Below are positions 21,135 through 30,965 of a stretch of 64,000 nucleotides of DNA, in pieces. Source of the stretch: Neophaeotheca triangularis. Taxonomy: Eukaryota. Within the stretch, counting starts at the first letter, position 1; every line of letters starts with the position of its first letter. The DNA is taken from assembly GCA_054600435.1 (NCBI GenBank), contig BAAIJX010000006.1:682001-746000 (forward strand), read 5' to 3'. The translations under genes were made by a program, and so were the position numbers. The notes under the pieces were generated by a model that made no database searches, was not told where the DNA came from, and saw nothing but the letters and a program-made list of their open reading frames with translations.

Positions 21135-24100
21135 ATGTACATCAAACAGATCATCATTCAAGGCTTCAAGTCGTACGTATTTGCCGCGATAAACCCCAAA
21201 GCTGATCTGTTGTAGCTAATAGTGTCACAGCTACAAGGACCAGACCGTGACCGAAGAGTTCTCCCCGAAGCACAATGTCATCGTCGGCCGCAATGGATCG
21301 GGCAAGTCTAACTTTTTCGCGGCCATCCGGTTTGTCCTCAGCGATGCCTACACGCAAATGGGCCGCGAGGAGCGTCAGGCTTTGCTACACGAAGGTGCAG
21401 GCTCAGCAGTCATGTCTGCCTATGTTGAGCTTATCTTTGACAACAGCGACGAGCGGTTTCCCACTGGCACCGACGAGGTCATCCTAAGGCGTACTATCGG
21501 GCAGAAAAAGGACGAGTACTCTTTGAACCGCAAGAACAGCACCAAAAATGAAGTCATGAACCTGCTGGAGTCGGCTGGGTTCTCGCGCAGCAACCCTTAC
21601 TATATCGTCCCGCAAGGCCGTGTGACGAGACTCACCAACATGAAGGACGCAGAACGCCTGGATATGTTGAAGGAAGTGGCTGGCACACATGTCTACGAGG
21701 ATAAGAGGGCGGAGAGTCTGCGCATCATGGACGACTCGGACAACAAGCGTGCCAAGATCGACGAGTACCTAGACCACATCCGCGGTAGACTCAGCGAGCT
21801 GGAAGAGGAGAAGGAGGAGCTGCGGGCTTATCAAGACAAGGACCGTGAGAGGAGATGCTTGGAATACACCATCCACCACAAGGAGCAGGAAGCCGTTCAG
21901 GAGGCGATCGAAAAGCTCGATGGGGAACGCGAAGACGGCGTTGAGCAATCTGATGACAACAGAGAAGCCCTCAAACAGAGTGAAGCCGAACTGGAAGCTA
22001 TCGACGTCGAGACTGGTAGGCTCCAGCAAGAGATCCAACTTCTGCAGGATGAGAAAGTCCAGCTTGAAGAGGAGCGAAAGGAGACCGCAAAGGAGAAAGC
22101 CAAGGTCGAGCTCGATGTGCAGGCTATCACAGATGGACAAAACACTGCTCAGCAAGCCCGAGCTCAACATGAGGCAGACCTCAACGATGTCCAAAAGGCT
22201 ATTCAAGAGCGAGAAACTGAGCTCGCGAGTCTGATACCGGAATTCAACACCAAAAGGGAGCAGGAACAAGCTGTCTACCAACAAGTCCGTGAAACGGAGT
22301 CCACCAGACAGAGACTGTACGCCAAACAAGGGCGGCAAGCGCAGTACAAATCAAAGAAGGACCGCGATCAGTTCTTGCGTAAAGAGATCAACGACGTGAA
22401 CGTGCTACTTGCCACTCGAAAGGCTGTTGCTATGCAGACGACGGAGGAGATTGCACAGCTCGAATCCGAGATCAAGCAGCTTGAAACAGACACCACCGAC
22501 ATGAGGGATCGCATCGAAAACCGTGGCGACGAGCAGCAAACCATCTCCTCCGAGGTGCAGAAAGCAAAGGAGGAGCAAGTCAGGCTCATGGACGAGCGCA
22601 AGGAGCTCTGGCGTGAAGAAGCAAAGCTCGACTCGGTCATTCAGAATGCCCGCCAGGAGCTCGAGAAGTCAGAACGCTTTTTGAGCCAGATGATGGACCG
22701 CAATACTAGCAATGGTTTGGCAGCCGTTCGACGCATTGTCAAGCAAAACAACATTCAGGGCGCATATGGGCCGTTGGGCGAGCTGTTCGCCTTCAACGAT
22801 AAGTACCAGACCGCCATCGAAGTCACAGCTGGAACTTCACTTTTTCATTACGTTGTTGACACGGATGAGACCGCAACGCGCATTCTGAGCATGCTGCAAG
22901 CAGAGAAGCTCGGGCGCATCACCTTCGTCCCACTCAATCGCACCAAGGTCCAGACTGCCAACATTCCCAAGGCAAGCGATGCAGTGCCTTTGATTTCGAA
23001 GCTCAAGTACAACCCCATCTACGAGAACGCATTCCGCCAAGTCTTCGGTAAGACTATTGTCTGCCCAAACCTTAACACAGCCTCGCAATACGCACGTAGC
23101 CACGGCGTGACTGCAATCACGCCCGATGGCGATCGTTCCGACAAAAAGGGTGCTTTGACTGGTGGATGGCATGACACCCGCAACTCTCGCATGGACTGCA
23201 TGAAGAGGGCTTCAGCCGCTCGTGACGAGTTCGACCGGGTTCAAAGCCGCAAAAATGCCATTCGCAACGAGCTTGACGCCTTGAACCAGCGTGTCACTCA
23301 AGCCATGAGTGTGCTGCGGAAGATTGAACAACGCCGTATGCAACTGGAAGACGGCTATGGTCCTCTACGTGAAGAGTTGAGCCGTCGGATCAGGGAGCTG
23401 CAGATTAAGCGCGATGAAGTCGAGAAGAAGCAGCGCGCTCACGAGAATGTGCAAAGCCTAGTGCATGAATTGGGCGAGCAAGTCAGCGCATACGAAGTCG
23501 AGTTGGCCAGCGACTTTAAGAAAGCGTTGTCCAGCGCGGAAGAGCAGCAGCTTGAGAAGCTGAGCGCTGAGCTGCCAGATCTGAGAAAACAGCATGCTGA
23601 TCTCCGGTCTGAACGCTCCGATCTCGAGTCACGCAAGGACACCATTGAGCTCGAATTGCGTGAAAACTTACGCTTAAGACTAGACCAGCTACAGGCCACG
23701 GACGCCCAAGCTGGCGGCTCTCGATCTGGCAGTGACAATACCCGTCTCAACGAGCGCCAACGCGACCTGAAGCGCATTTCAGACGCTCTGTCAGCCCTCG
23801 AGCAGAAGCTGCAAGAGAACGTAGGCTCGATCGAGGAGGCACAGCAAGCTCTACAAACGAACGAGACCTCTCGCGCCACCAAGCAAAAGCAGACCGAAGA
23901 CCTCTCCCGCGCAATTCGCAATTACCAGAAGTCCATGGAAAAAGGGGCAGCCAAGCGTGCCTTCCTCGGCAACCGTCTCACAGATGTTCAGGCTCAGATC
24001 CGTAACCTTGGGGTCTTGCCTGATGCGGCTTTTTCCGCCCAATACTCCAACATGCAATCCAATGTGGCGACCAACAAGCTTCACAAAGTCCAAGATGCTC

Positions 24101-24884
24101 TTAAGAAATACGGCCACGTCAACAAAAAGGCTTTTGAGCAGTTCGCGCAGTTTGAACGCCAGCGGGATGTCCTTGAGAATAGGCGGGAGGAGCTTGACAG
24201 CAGTGACGCTAGCATTCGCGAGCTCATCGATGTGCTGGACCAGCGTAAAGACGAGGCCATCGAGCGCACATTCCGCCAAGTCAGCCGAGAATTTGCCAAC
24301 GTCTTCTCGCAGCTCGTACCCGCCGGCAAAGGGAGGCTGGTGATTCAGCGACGTAGCGACCAGCAGGCTAGAGGTGCTGTAGGCGAGGACGACGAAAGCG
24401 ACGAAGAAGGTGCGGGCAAAGACAAGACCAAAGGTGTCGAAAACTACACGGGCGTTGGCATCAGCGTCAGCTTCAACAGCCGCCACGACGAACAACAGCG
24501 TATCCAGCAGTTGTCCGGTGGACAGAAAAGTAAGCCTCCAAAATCACCCATCATTATAAGCACAGCTCAGCTAACAAAACCGTGTGACCAGGTCTCTGCG
24601 CCCTCGCCTTGGTCTTCGCAATCCAACAATCCGACCCAGCGCCCTTCTACCTCTTCGACGAAATCGATGCCAACCTCGACGCCCAGTACCGCACGGCTGT
24701 CGCGCAGCTTTTGCAGACTTCGTCGCAATCGGGCCAGTTCATTTGCACCACCTTCCGCCCGGAGATGTTGCGTGTCGCTGAGAAGTGCTATGGCGTTAGT
24801 TACTTGGGTAAGGCGAGTACGATTGATGTTGTCAGTCGGGAGCAGGCGCTTGGCTTTGTTGAGGGCCAGATGGGGGGGAAGTGA
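21135..24884 (+). CDS. SMC3: Cohesin subunit Smc3 (SudA/Psm3), 1209 aa
   Basis: Exons 21135-21172, 21231-24529 and 24592-24884. N-terminus MYIKQIIIQGFKSYK, Walker A GRNGSGKSN, hinge (GALTGG), signature LSGGQKS, Walker B FYLFDEIDANLD. Confidence 0.97.
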
Positions 24885-25594
24885 GGGAGGCGAGTTGGGA
24901 GTGAGTGGGAGGGATGCTGCGTGATGTTTGTTCATGCTTATGTGAATCTGCTAATGGCTTTGGGGGCCTAGTATGGACCTGCTTCACTAGCCATGTCAAC
25001 TTCGCTTTATTGATTTCGCTTTCTGCTTTCTGCTCCTGACTTTTGGCGATGTAGACTCAAAGAATCTGCGTAGGATTGAGCCTCCTAAGCCCACTGCTGC
25101 CTTTAGTCAACACTCTAGTCTTGTCGCTGAAGCAAGCCATGGAGATGACCCGTCAGCCTCCCTGGCTCGCGAACGCATATCTGCTTCTGTTCGTCATCAG
25201 CACATCGCATCCTAGAAACGTGGTACTCTAAAAGCATCTTCTCACGGTGTTCAAAAAATTCAGTGCTCTCTTTGAAGTCTCCATGCACCGGTTCAAAGCC
25301 CGAACAATGAGTGAGTAGACAGCGATGACCGGCTGTGAGAAGTGTCCCTGCCATAGCCAACGGGTTTGACACCACGACGTGCGCCAGACCACAATCGACT
25401 AGACATGTATGGGATGGTGGGTTTGCATCATAGGCCGACGACGGGTACGTGGAAAAAGCGACTTACCATGACTTTGATCACGCGCACCAAATCATCGCGC
25501 AGTATCATGACTTTCATAAGATCTTTTCTGGGTATCAATTCTTCTCTCTCTCTGTGGCTACGGAGAGCCTTGCTTCCTTCCCTGTCCCCCATCT

Positions 25595-27301
25595 TTACTT
25601 TTTCCCCCTACTGCTCGAGTTGATCATCTTCTTCTTGACATGCTTGGGCATCTTGTCCTTGCGCTTCTCGCGCTTTTCCTCTTTCACCAGAGCCTTGTGC
25701 GCTTTCTTCTCGTCCTTGTCCTCGAACCTCTTGCCTCGGGGCTTGTCGTCGCCGTCTCGTTTGCCCCGGCGCGCACTGGTGTCGAGCGGGTCGCCGTTCT
25801 CGTCGAGCTCATCCACTCCGCCATCGGGGTCTGAGGAAGACTCGTCGCTCACGTCGTCAGTGCCGGCTTCCTCGTCGGGTTTGGGAGCAGCATTGTTAGC
25901 GAGAAGGTCCTTGTACGGTAGCGATTCGCCCTGCCCATGCTGTATACGCTCGGCGTCGCGCTCGATGTCGTAGACCTGCTCCAGGTTCTGCGGGATGTAT
26001 TGTTGTCGGAAGACCTCGTCGTCGACCTCTCTACCCTCCTGGTCAACCCCATCCCCGTCCTCCTGTGTCCTCAGCTCTTGCAGTCGCTCCAGGGCCTCCT
26101 TCATCCCTGCTTCCTCCGTCGAACCTTCCGTCGCTGTCACGAAACCAAAAATTGTCCGATCCGGCAACGTATCGACGCCCTTGCGCCGGAAGAAATCAGA
26201 CACGTTCTTGATATCCATGCGCAAAAACTCCAGCGAGCGCGGGTGGTCGTGCTCCACGCTTTGGCTCACATCTATAACCTGCAATTCCCCGTCGTGGTAG
26301 AGGAGGTTGTACTCGGACAGATCCGCGTGCACGAGACGGCAGGTCTGATACATTTTGCGCATGTAGCCTAGCAGCTGAAGGTACACTTCGCGCCACTTGT
26401 TGGCCGCCTGCTCGGCATCCTCGCCGTTAAACTCAACGTCCCGTAGCCGGGGGGCCGGCCAGCCTTTGTTGTTTCCGAGGAATGACATGACGAGCACATG
26501 TGCTTTGAGGGACACGGGTTCTGGGCACGGGATGCCGGCGGCGTACAGGCGACGCAGGTTGCGGAACTCCTTCTCGGCCCAGACTTTAACCATGGCGCGG
26601 TTGGAGCCCTTGTTGTAGCCTTGACGGAAGCGAAACTCGCCCGAGACGTACTTGTCACGGTCTTTGAAGACGAGAATGCTGGTCTTGTATATTTTGATGG
26701 CACGGTGGAGGGCTTTAGCGGGTGCTTCGCCTTCGACTTCGGCGGGAATAGTGACGGCATGGTAGACGTTTGCTTCCTTGCCCGTGGACAGAACACCATT
26801 GATCTCGCTGACGACGTTGCGGTTGAGGAGTTGCAGCAGGATCATGCGGGTTCGCGGGTCGAGGACTTGTTCGCTTGTTGCCCGGTCGCTCTTCTCAGCA
26901 CCGCCATGACCCCTTCCCCCTAACCCAGCCTCGGCATTGTTGAGTTTCAGTTTCGCAGTATGCGCGGAGAGGGTTTTTATGTGGTCGTCGACGGCGGCGC
27001 GAGTGTTGAGTTGGGGGTTCGTTTTTCGCTTTTCTGACTCGGGGATTGTTGGGTCGTTTTGTCTGCGTTGACGGTTGAAGGATTTTGTGAGGTCGCCAGG
27101 ATTGGATGCTCCCAAGTCTGTGTCTGACAAGTCGTCCTCGAGAAAGTCGTCGTCGTCGTCGTACTCATCCTCCGGGTCAGCAGCCTCGGGGCCTGCCGGT
27201 TGCTCGTCGCTGTGACCGTTTGGTTGCTGGTAGCCCTCGTTTGGTACAAAAGTATGCGGTGGCACATGACCCTGCGCTGGACTCGCTGTGGTGTCGTCCA
27301 T
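25595..27301 (-). CDS. RIO1: RIO1 atypical Ser/Thr kinase (40S maturation), 568 aa
   Basis: DRATSEQVLDPRTR, STGKEANVY, LVHADLSEYN, IDVSQSVEHDHP and a Lys-rich C-terminus KMPKHVKKK. Confidence 0.97.
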   Translation of the reverse strand: MDDTTASPAQGHVPPHTFVPNEGYQQPNGHSDEQPAGPEAADPEDEYDDDDDFLEDDLSDTDLGASNPGDLTKSFNRQRRQNDPTIPESEKRKTNPQLNTRAAVDDHIKTLSAHTAKLKLNNAEAGLGGRGHGGAEKSDRATSEQVLDPRTRMILLQLLNRNVVSEINGVLSTGKEANVYHAVTIPAEVEGEAPAKALHRAIKIYKTSILVFKDRDKYVSGEFRFRQGYNKGSNRAMVKVWAEKEFRNLRRLYAAGIPCPEPVSLKAHVLVMSFLGNNKGWPAPRLRDVEFNGEDAEQAANKWREVYLQLLGYMRKMYQTCRLVHADLSEYNLLYHDGELQVIDVSQSVEHDHPRSLEFLRMDIKNVSDFFRRKGVDTLPDRTIFGFVTATEGSTEEAGMKEALERLQELRTQEDGDGVDQEGREVDDEVFRQQYIPQNLEQVYDIERDAERIQHGQGESLPYKDLLANNAAPKPDEEAGTDDVSDESSSDPDGGVDELDENGDPLDTSARRGKRDGDDKPRGKRFEDKDEKKAHKALVKEEKREKRKDKMPKHVKKKMINSSSRGKK

Positions 27302-27566
27302 AGTATTGCCAAAGAGTTGTAAGTGTTTTAGCGACGACCTTCGACTTGAGGGCGAAGAAACGGCAGCGATGAAATAAATTCATTTTGACGTCTACCAAGT
27401 GGGGGCCCCGCGAGGGTCCACGCTCCACTTTCGTGAGTGATGGTTCGGGAGTGCCGCGCTAGTATAGCTCAGGCCTCACCGCAACCGCCAACTCCTTTGC
27501 CACAAACACAACACATTCGCTACACTCATACTCGCCATTCATACCAGCTGATCACGCACAGGTGAT

Positions 27567-29207
27567 ATGGCGGCTCGCAGGCCGAGCTCAGTATGCCTTG
27601 CTTGCCAGCCCCGCCAGAGCATCATCAGTCGTCGGCGTCTCCGCCTCACGCGGAGCCCCATACACCGCCTGGAAGCTGTAGCCCTAAGACCGGAGGATGA
27701 TGGTTTTGTGTTTGGACGGGACATCGAGGGGAGAGCGAAGGGTGCAAAATTGCATGGAATCGATGGGGGAGGCGGCGGACCTATACGAAAACCAGCGAAA
27801 CGGCAGATGCACGACGACGTCGAGCGCGAATCACTGCTATCCTTCGAAGCCTTGTATCAAACCCGCGACGTACGCCTCAAAGTCCTACGTAGCTTGAGCA
27901 ATCCATGGCCTATGTTTCCTTCAAAACATAACAAGACGGCAGCCGAAAACCCCCTCCCAGCACCATCGCCAGCTATCACAGATATCCCCACCGCCACCTC
28001 TCCGTCCCAATCCCTCCCCCACGCCGCCCTCAAACGCCTCATCCCCCCAGAAGCCAGCGCAGGCCCAATCCCACACTCAGATTTTCGCCGCAACATCCGC
28101 CTCGCGAGCGGCGACAAAGCCATCCGCTCCGTGCTCCGCGCCCAACTTCTCCGCGCCTCGCACCCCCACGAAATACTCAAAATCGTCGCAACCGCCATGC
28201 AGCTCCCCATCCTAGCAGGCCAACTCGCGATCCTCTCCGAACCCATTATGCGCGCCCTCTACCGCTGCCGCCGCAACGTCTCCGACCCAGCCGTGCTGCG
28301 CTGCTTAACTCAGATACTGACGCGGTTCCGCTGGGCGGGCGTAGACGGTGGCCCGCAGCTCGTGCAGATGGGGCTGAAGTTCGCAGCGCGCTCGCGACAG
28401 AAGGAGGCCATGCGGGCGTATCTGCGCATGTACAAGGACATGGGCGGGGGCATGAGCTCGAATATTTTTCGATCCGTGATTGCGAAGTTCAGCATTGGAC
28501 ACAGGGGTTTGGGGGAGATTCGGAACGGGCGATGGAAGCGGCGGGATCTAATGCAGGTGCTTGTTGGGTTTGAGGAGGAAGAGCGATTGCCTGAGGAGGA
28601 GAAGTGTCATTTCGGCACTTTTTTGCAAGCGGATGATTGGCAGTATCTTCATGGATGGATTGCGGTGTTGGCGCGTTGCAAGGCGGACGAGGTTATATGG
28701 GGCGAGTGGCAGGCGTGGAAGCAATCCGAGGCCAGGCTGCGGCCCAAGCGGCTGGCATCTATCGGGAGCCATGTCACTAGCAAGGTCAGGGGGGATTATT
28801 GGTTCCTGGAGCAAATGACTTATACGGGTGACTTGCAAAGGGCGTGGCAGCTGTTTTCCGAAGCTGATCTGGAGTTCTCCAAGGTCAAGCCGAAAGTGAG
28901 AGACAAACTGTTAGATGGGGTGCAGCACGCCACTCTCTGGACTGAAGACGTCCGCGCAGCCATGGTTCAAAAGTGGGATAATGACCTTGCTAGTATCGAG
29001 GGGGCTCTGGGCGTGCGTTGGGAATCTGACGAGCGAGGAGAGGATGGCGAGGGGCGGCACGTGCTTATTGGGAATCAAGAAGAGGCGCTCGCAAAGCTGG
29101 CGGCTCAACCGGAGACGGAGTATGGCTTCCCATATGCGGACTCCCCAATCGTGTCCGAGCAGGACAAGGAATTGCACTCTGCAGCTGAGGCTGGCGAAGC
29201 GGCTTGA
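27567..29207 (+). CDS. Hypothetical 546-aa protein, probable mitochondrial presequence, helical
   Basis: Long single ORF with coding-like composition. The N-terminus is Arg/Ser-rich with a CLAC motif. No domain recognised. Confidence 0.8.
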   Translation: MAARRPSSVCLACQPRQSIISRRRLRLTRSPIHRLEAVALRPEDDGFVFGRDIEGRAKGAKLHGIDGGGGGPIRKPAKRQMHDDVERESLLSFEALYQTRDVRLKVLRSLSNPWPMFPSKHNKTAAENPLPAPSPAITDIPTATSPSQSLPHAALKRLIPPEASAGPIPHSDFRRNIRLASGDKAIRSVLRAQLLRASHPHEILKIVATAMQLPILAGQLAILSEPIMRALYRCRRNVSDPAVLRCLTQILTRFRWAGVDGGPQLVQMGLKFAARSRQKEAMRAYLRMYKDMGGGMSSNIFRSVIAKFSIGHRGLGEIRNGRWKRRDLMQVLVGFEEEERLPEEEKCHFGTFLQADDWQYLHGWIAVLARCKADEVIWGEWQAWKQSEARLRPKRLASIGSHVTSKVRGDYWFLEQMTYTGDLQRAWQLFSEADLEFSKVKPKVRDKLLDGVQHATLWTEDVRAAMVQKWDNDLASIEGALGVRWESDERGEDGEGRHVLIGNQEEALAKLAAQPETEYGFPYADSPIVSEQDKELHSAAEAGEAA

Positions 29208-29471
29208 GACGCTGCTAGAAGGTATACCTAGATTTGATGACTTACGATAAAACGACGTTATGACCCTGCCTATATGCGACAATATCCATCTTGTGTGCAA
29301 GTGTAGAAAGTAACGATCTGCCGTGTATTGATGAGAAATGCACTGGATGTAGTGCTATCCAGTGCTCGCATCTACTGTAAGCTCTTCCGGCCCTCCGCCG
29401 TTGGCTTTGACCGCGGCGGCCAGCATCCTCGACAAAACCCAGGCTAACTTCACTCAAAGCTGTAATCCGTC

Positions 29472-30690
29472 CTCATTGGCCAGGCAGCAATCCGCGCTAG
29501 TCAAAGTACGTTTTCCATATTTTGGGGCCCAGGCCTTGCTCGTCTCTGAAGAAACTCGCCGGGATGTTTTGACATTCAAGCCTCGCCAGGGACGTGACTG
29601 GCAGAGAACTTTGATAGACTTAGGCTAGTTCCTGACCGTCCCCGGCGAACATCCTGCAAGGGCTCCGCGAACCAAATGTGAAGGGTGGGTTAGGCGGCCT
29701 TCCTTTCGGTCCTCTGGTACGTGGGCACGACGTGTGAAAATGCAAACGGGCCGGGAGTCTGTTGGAGAGATAAATTGATCTGTTTTCCTCTTGTCCGACC
29801 ACGGTGCCCCAGCCTCGATGGACGAAATCTGAGCTCTCTGGCAATAAAGCCCAATCAGAATATCCCGGCGAGTTTTGCGAGAACAGGAGCCATAGGCATG
29901 CCCGAAAAGTGAAAAACAGCCATCGGCTAGCGGGGTTTCTACGAAGCCAATGACAAGAGAGCTTTGTTAGTGGGCCTAGCTCATTGGCTCATTGAGTTCC
30001 GCGCTAGTGAGCGGCTGTTTTTCAGATTTCGAGCCAGCCTTCGTGGGCTTCCTCAGTTGCTCGCCGGGATATTTTAGCTGGCCAAATCCGCCGAGGACGA
30101 GTAGAGATGTCCGAGAAGTATGGAACATCTAGCGTCCTTGGGCCTGACTCGGAGGTTCCACCTTCTTCCCGGCGCGAGCGGTTTTGATGTTCAGCCTCCT
30201 GGTGACGGACGGCCCTCATACGTCTTCCTCTCGTGGAGCTCACATCGAGCTGTTGAAACTGACCAGGGAGGTGCGAGGACAGTGTGAAGCTTCAACCATC
30301 CGCTCTCAACGCGACTGGCCAGCTCGTGGAAAGGCACTGTCCTTGTCGTCTCCGGCGATTCTGAATGATTTGAGTATCTCGGCGAGTTTGGACAGAAAGC
30401 GACAAGGAGCCAGTGCCAAGATCAAAAAAACAGTCCGCAGCTAGCGTGGTTTCTTGGGACCAATGAGAAGTGCACCGCCGGTGAGTGCCAGCCCCGACGA
30501 GTATCTGAAGGTTCTCTCGAGCAGCGCTTGAGATGACGGACATGGAGCAGGCAGTTGGTTTCAAAGGCAGAAGGCTTCCATCATTTCGCTTCTGTAGGCT
30601 TGCTGGCCCTCTGCCTTCGATCGATGGAACATTTGCATATCCTTGACGCTGGCTTGGAGACGGATCTGGGCTCCCGGCGCTTCCTCGAGC
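29472..30690 (+). repeat. Diverged tandem array (~508-nt period) of foldback units; candidate structured ncRNA or non-autonomous element
   Basis: Unit 1 is 29472-29953, unit 2 is 29980-30467, and a remnant lies at ~30600-30690. Shared blocks occur at +505 to +514 offsets (CTCATTGGC, TCCGCGCTAGT, CTCGCCGGGATRTTTT, GARTATCYCGGCGAGTTT, GCTAGCGKGGTTTCT, CCAATGA). The 5' and 3' arms of each full unit are complementary. Confidence 0.8.
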
Positions 30691-30965
30691 GCTTTCTGGT
30701 AAATTGCCGGTCGTCCTTTAGATTCGAATGCAGTCGTCTTGCTCTTCACACCTGAACCCCTCGCTAGGAGTGGTGTATAGCTCGCCCAGTATGTGAAAAG
30801 AATTGATAGATTGGTGTGGCCGTTCTCAGGCGACGAAGAAAGGCCCTCCATACGCTTGAGCGTTGAAGTACATTTCAAGACAGTCATCGTCGGCTACGGC
30901 CTCAGCAAGTATAAGAGTCGCGCTACCAACAAGCGCCCCCATGTCCGGCCTTCAGATACCTCCAA

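Noticed and set aside
29340..29365. Perfect 9-bp hairpin GCACTGGAT/ATCCAGTGC
   Set aside because: An isolated short hairpin in a eukaryotic 3' region. It is not a terminator and could be chance.
29458..29468. GCTGTAAT resembling the fungal SRP RNA Alu 5' motif
   Set aside because: The following GGC is missing and no helix-8 motif was found.
29945..29989. Telomerase RNA CR4/5-like three-way junction (P6 plus a 4-bp/5-nt-loop P6.1-like hairpin TGGG-CCTAG-CTCA)
   Set aside because: There is no C-rich template on the + strand nearby; the only telomeric word, GGGTTAGG at ~29687, is the wrong polarity. The segment is explained as the junction of two repeat units and has a competing 9-bp helix.
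29977..30035. tRNA/Pol III A-box (TAGCTCATTGG) and B-box-like TTCGAGCC
   Set aside because: No cloverleaf can be formed, and a T5 terminator lies between the boxes.
30027..30056. Hammerhead-like core on the - strand (CUGAGGA-AGCC...GGCU-CGAAA)
   Set aside because: The stem II closing pair is out of register, no stem I could be built, and the motif is not retained in unit 1.
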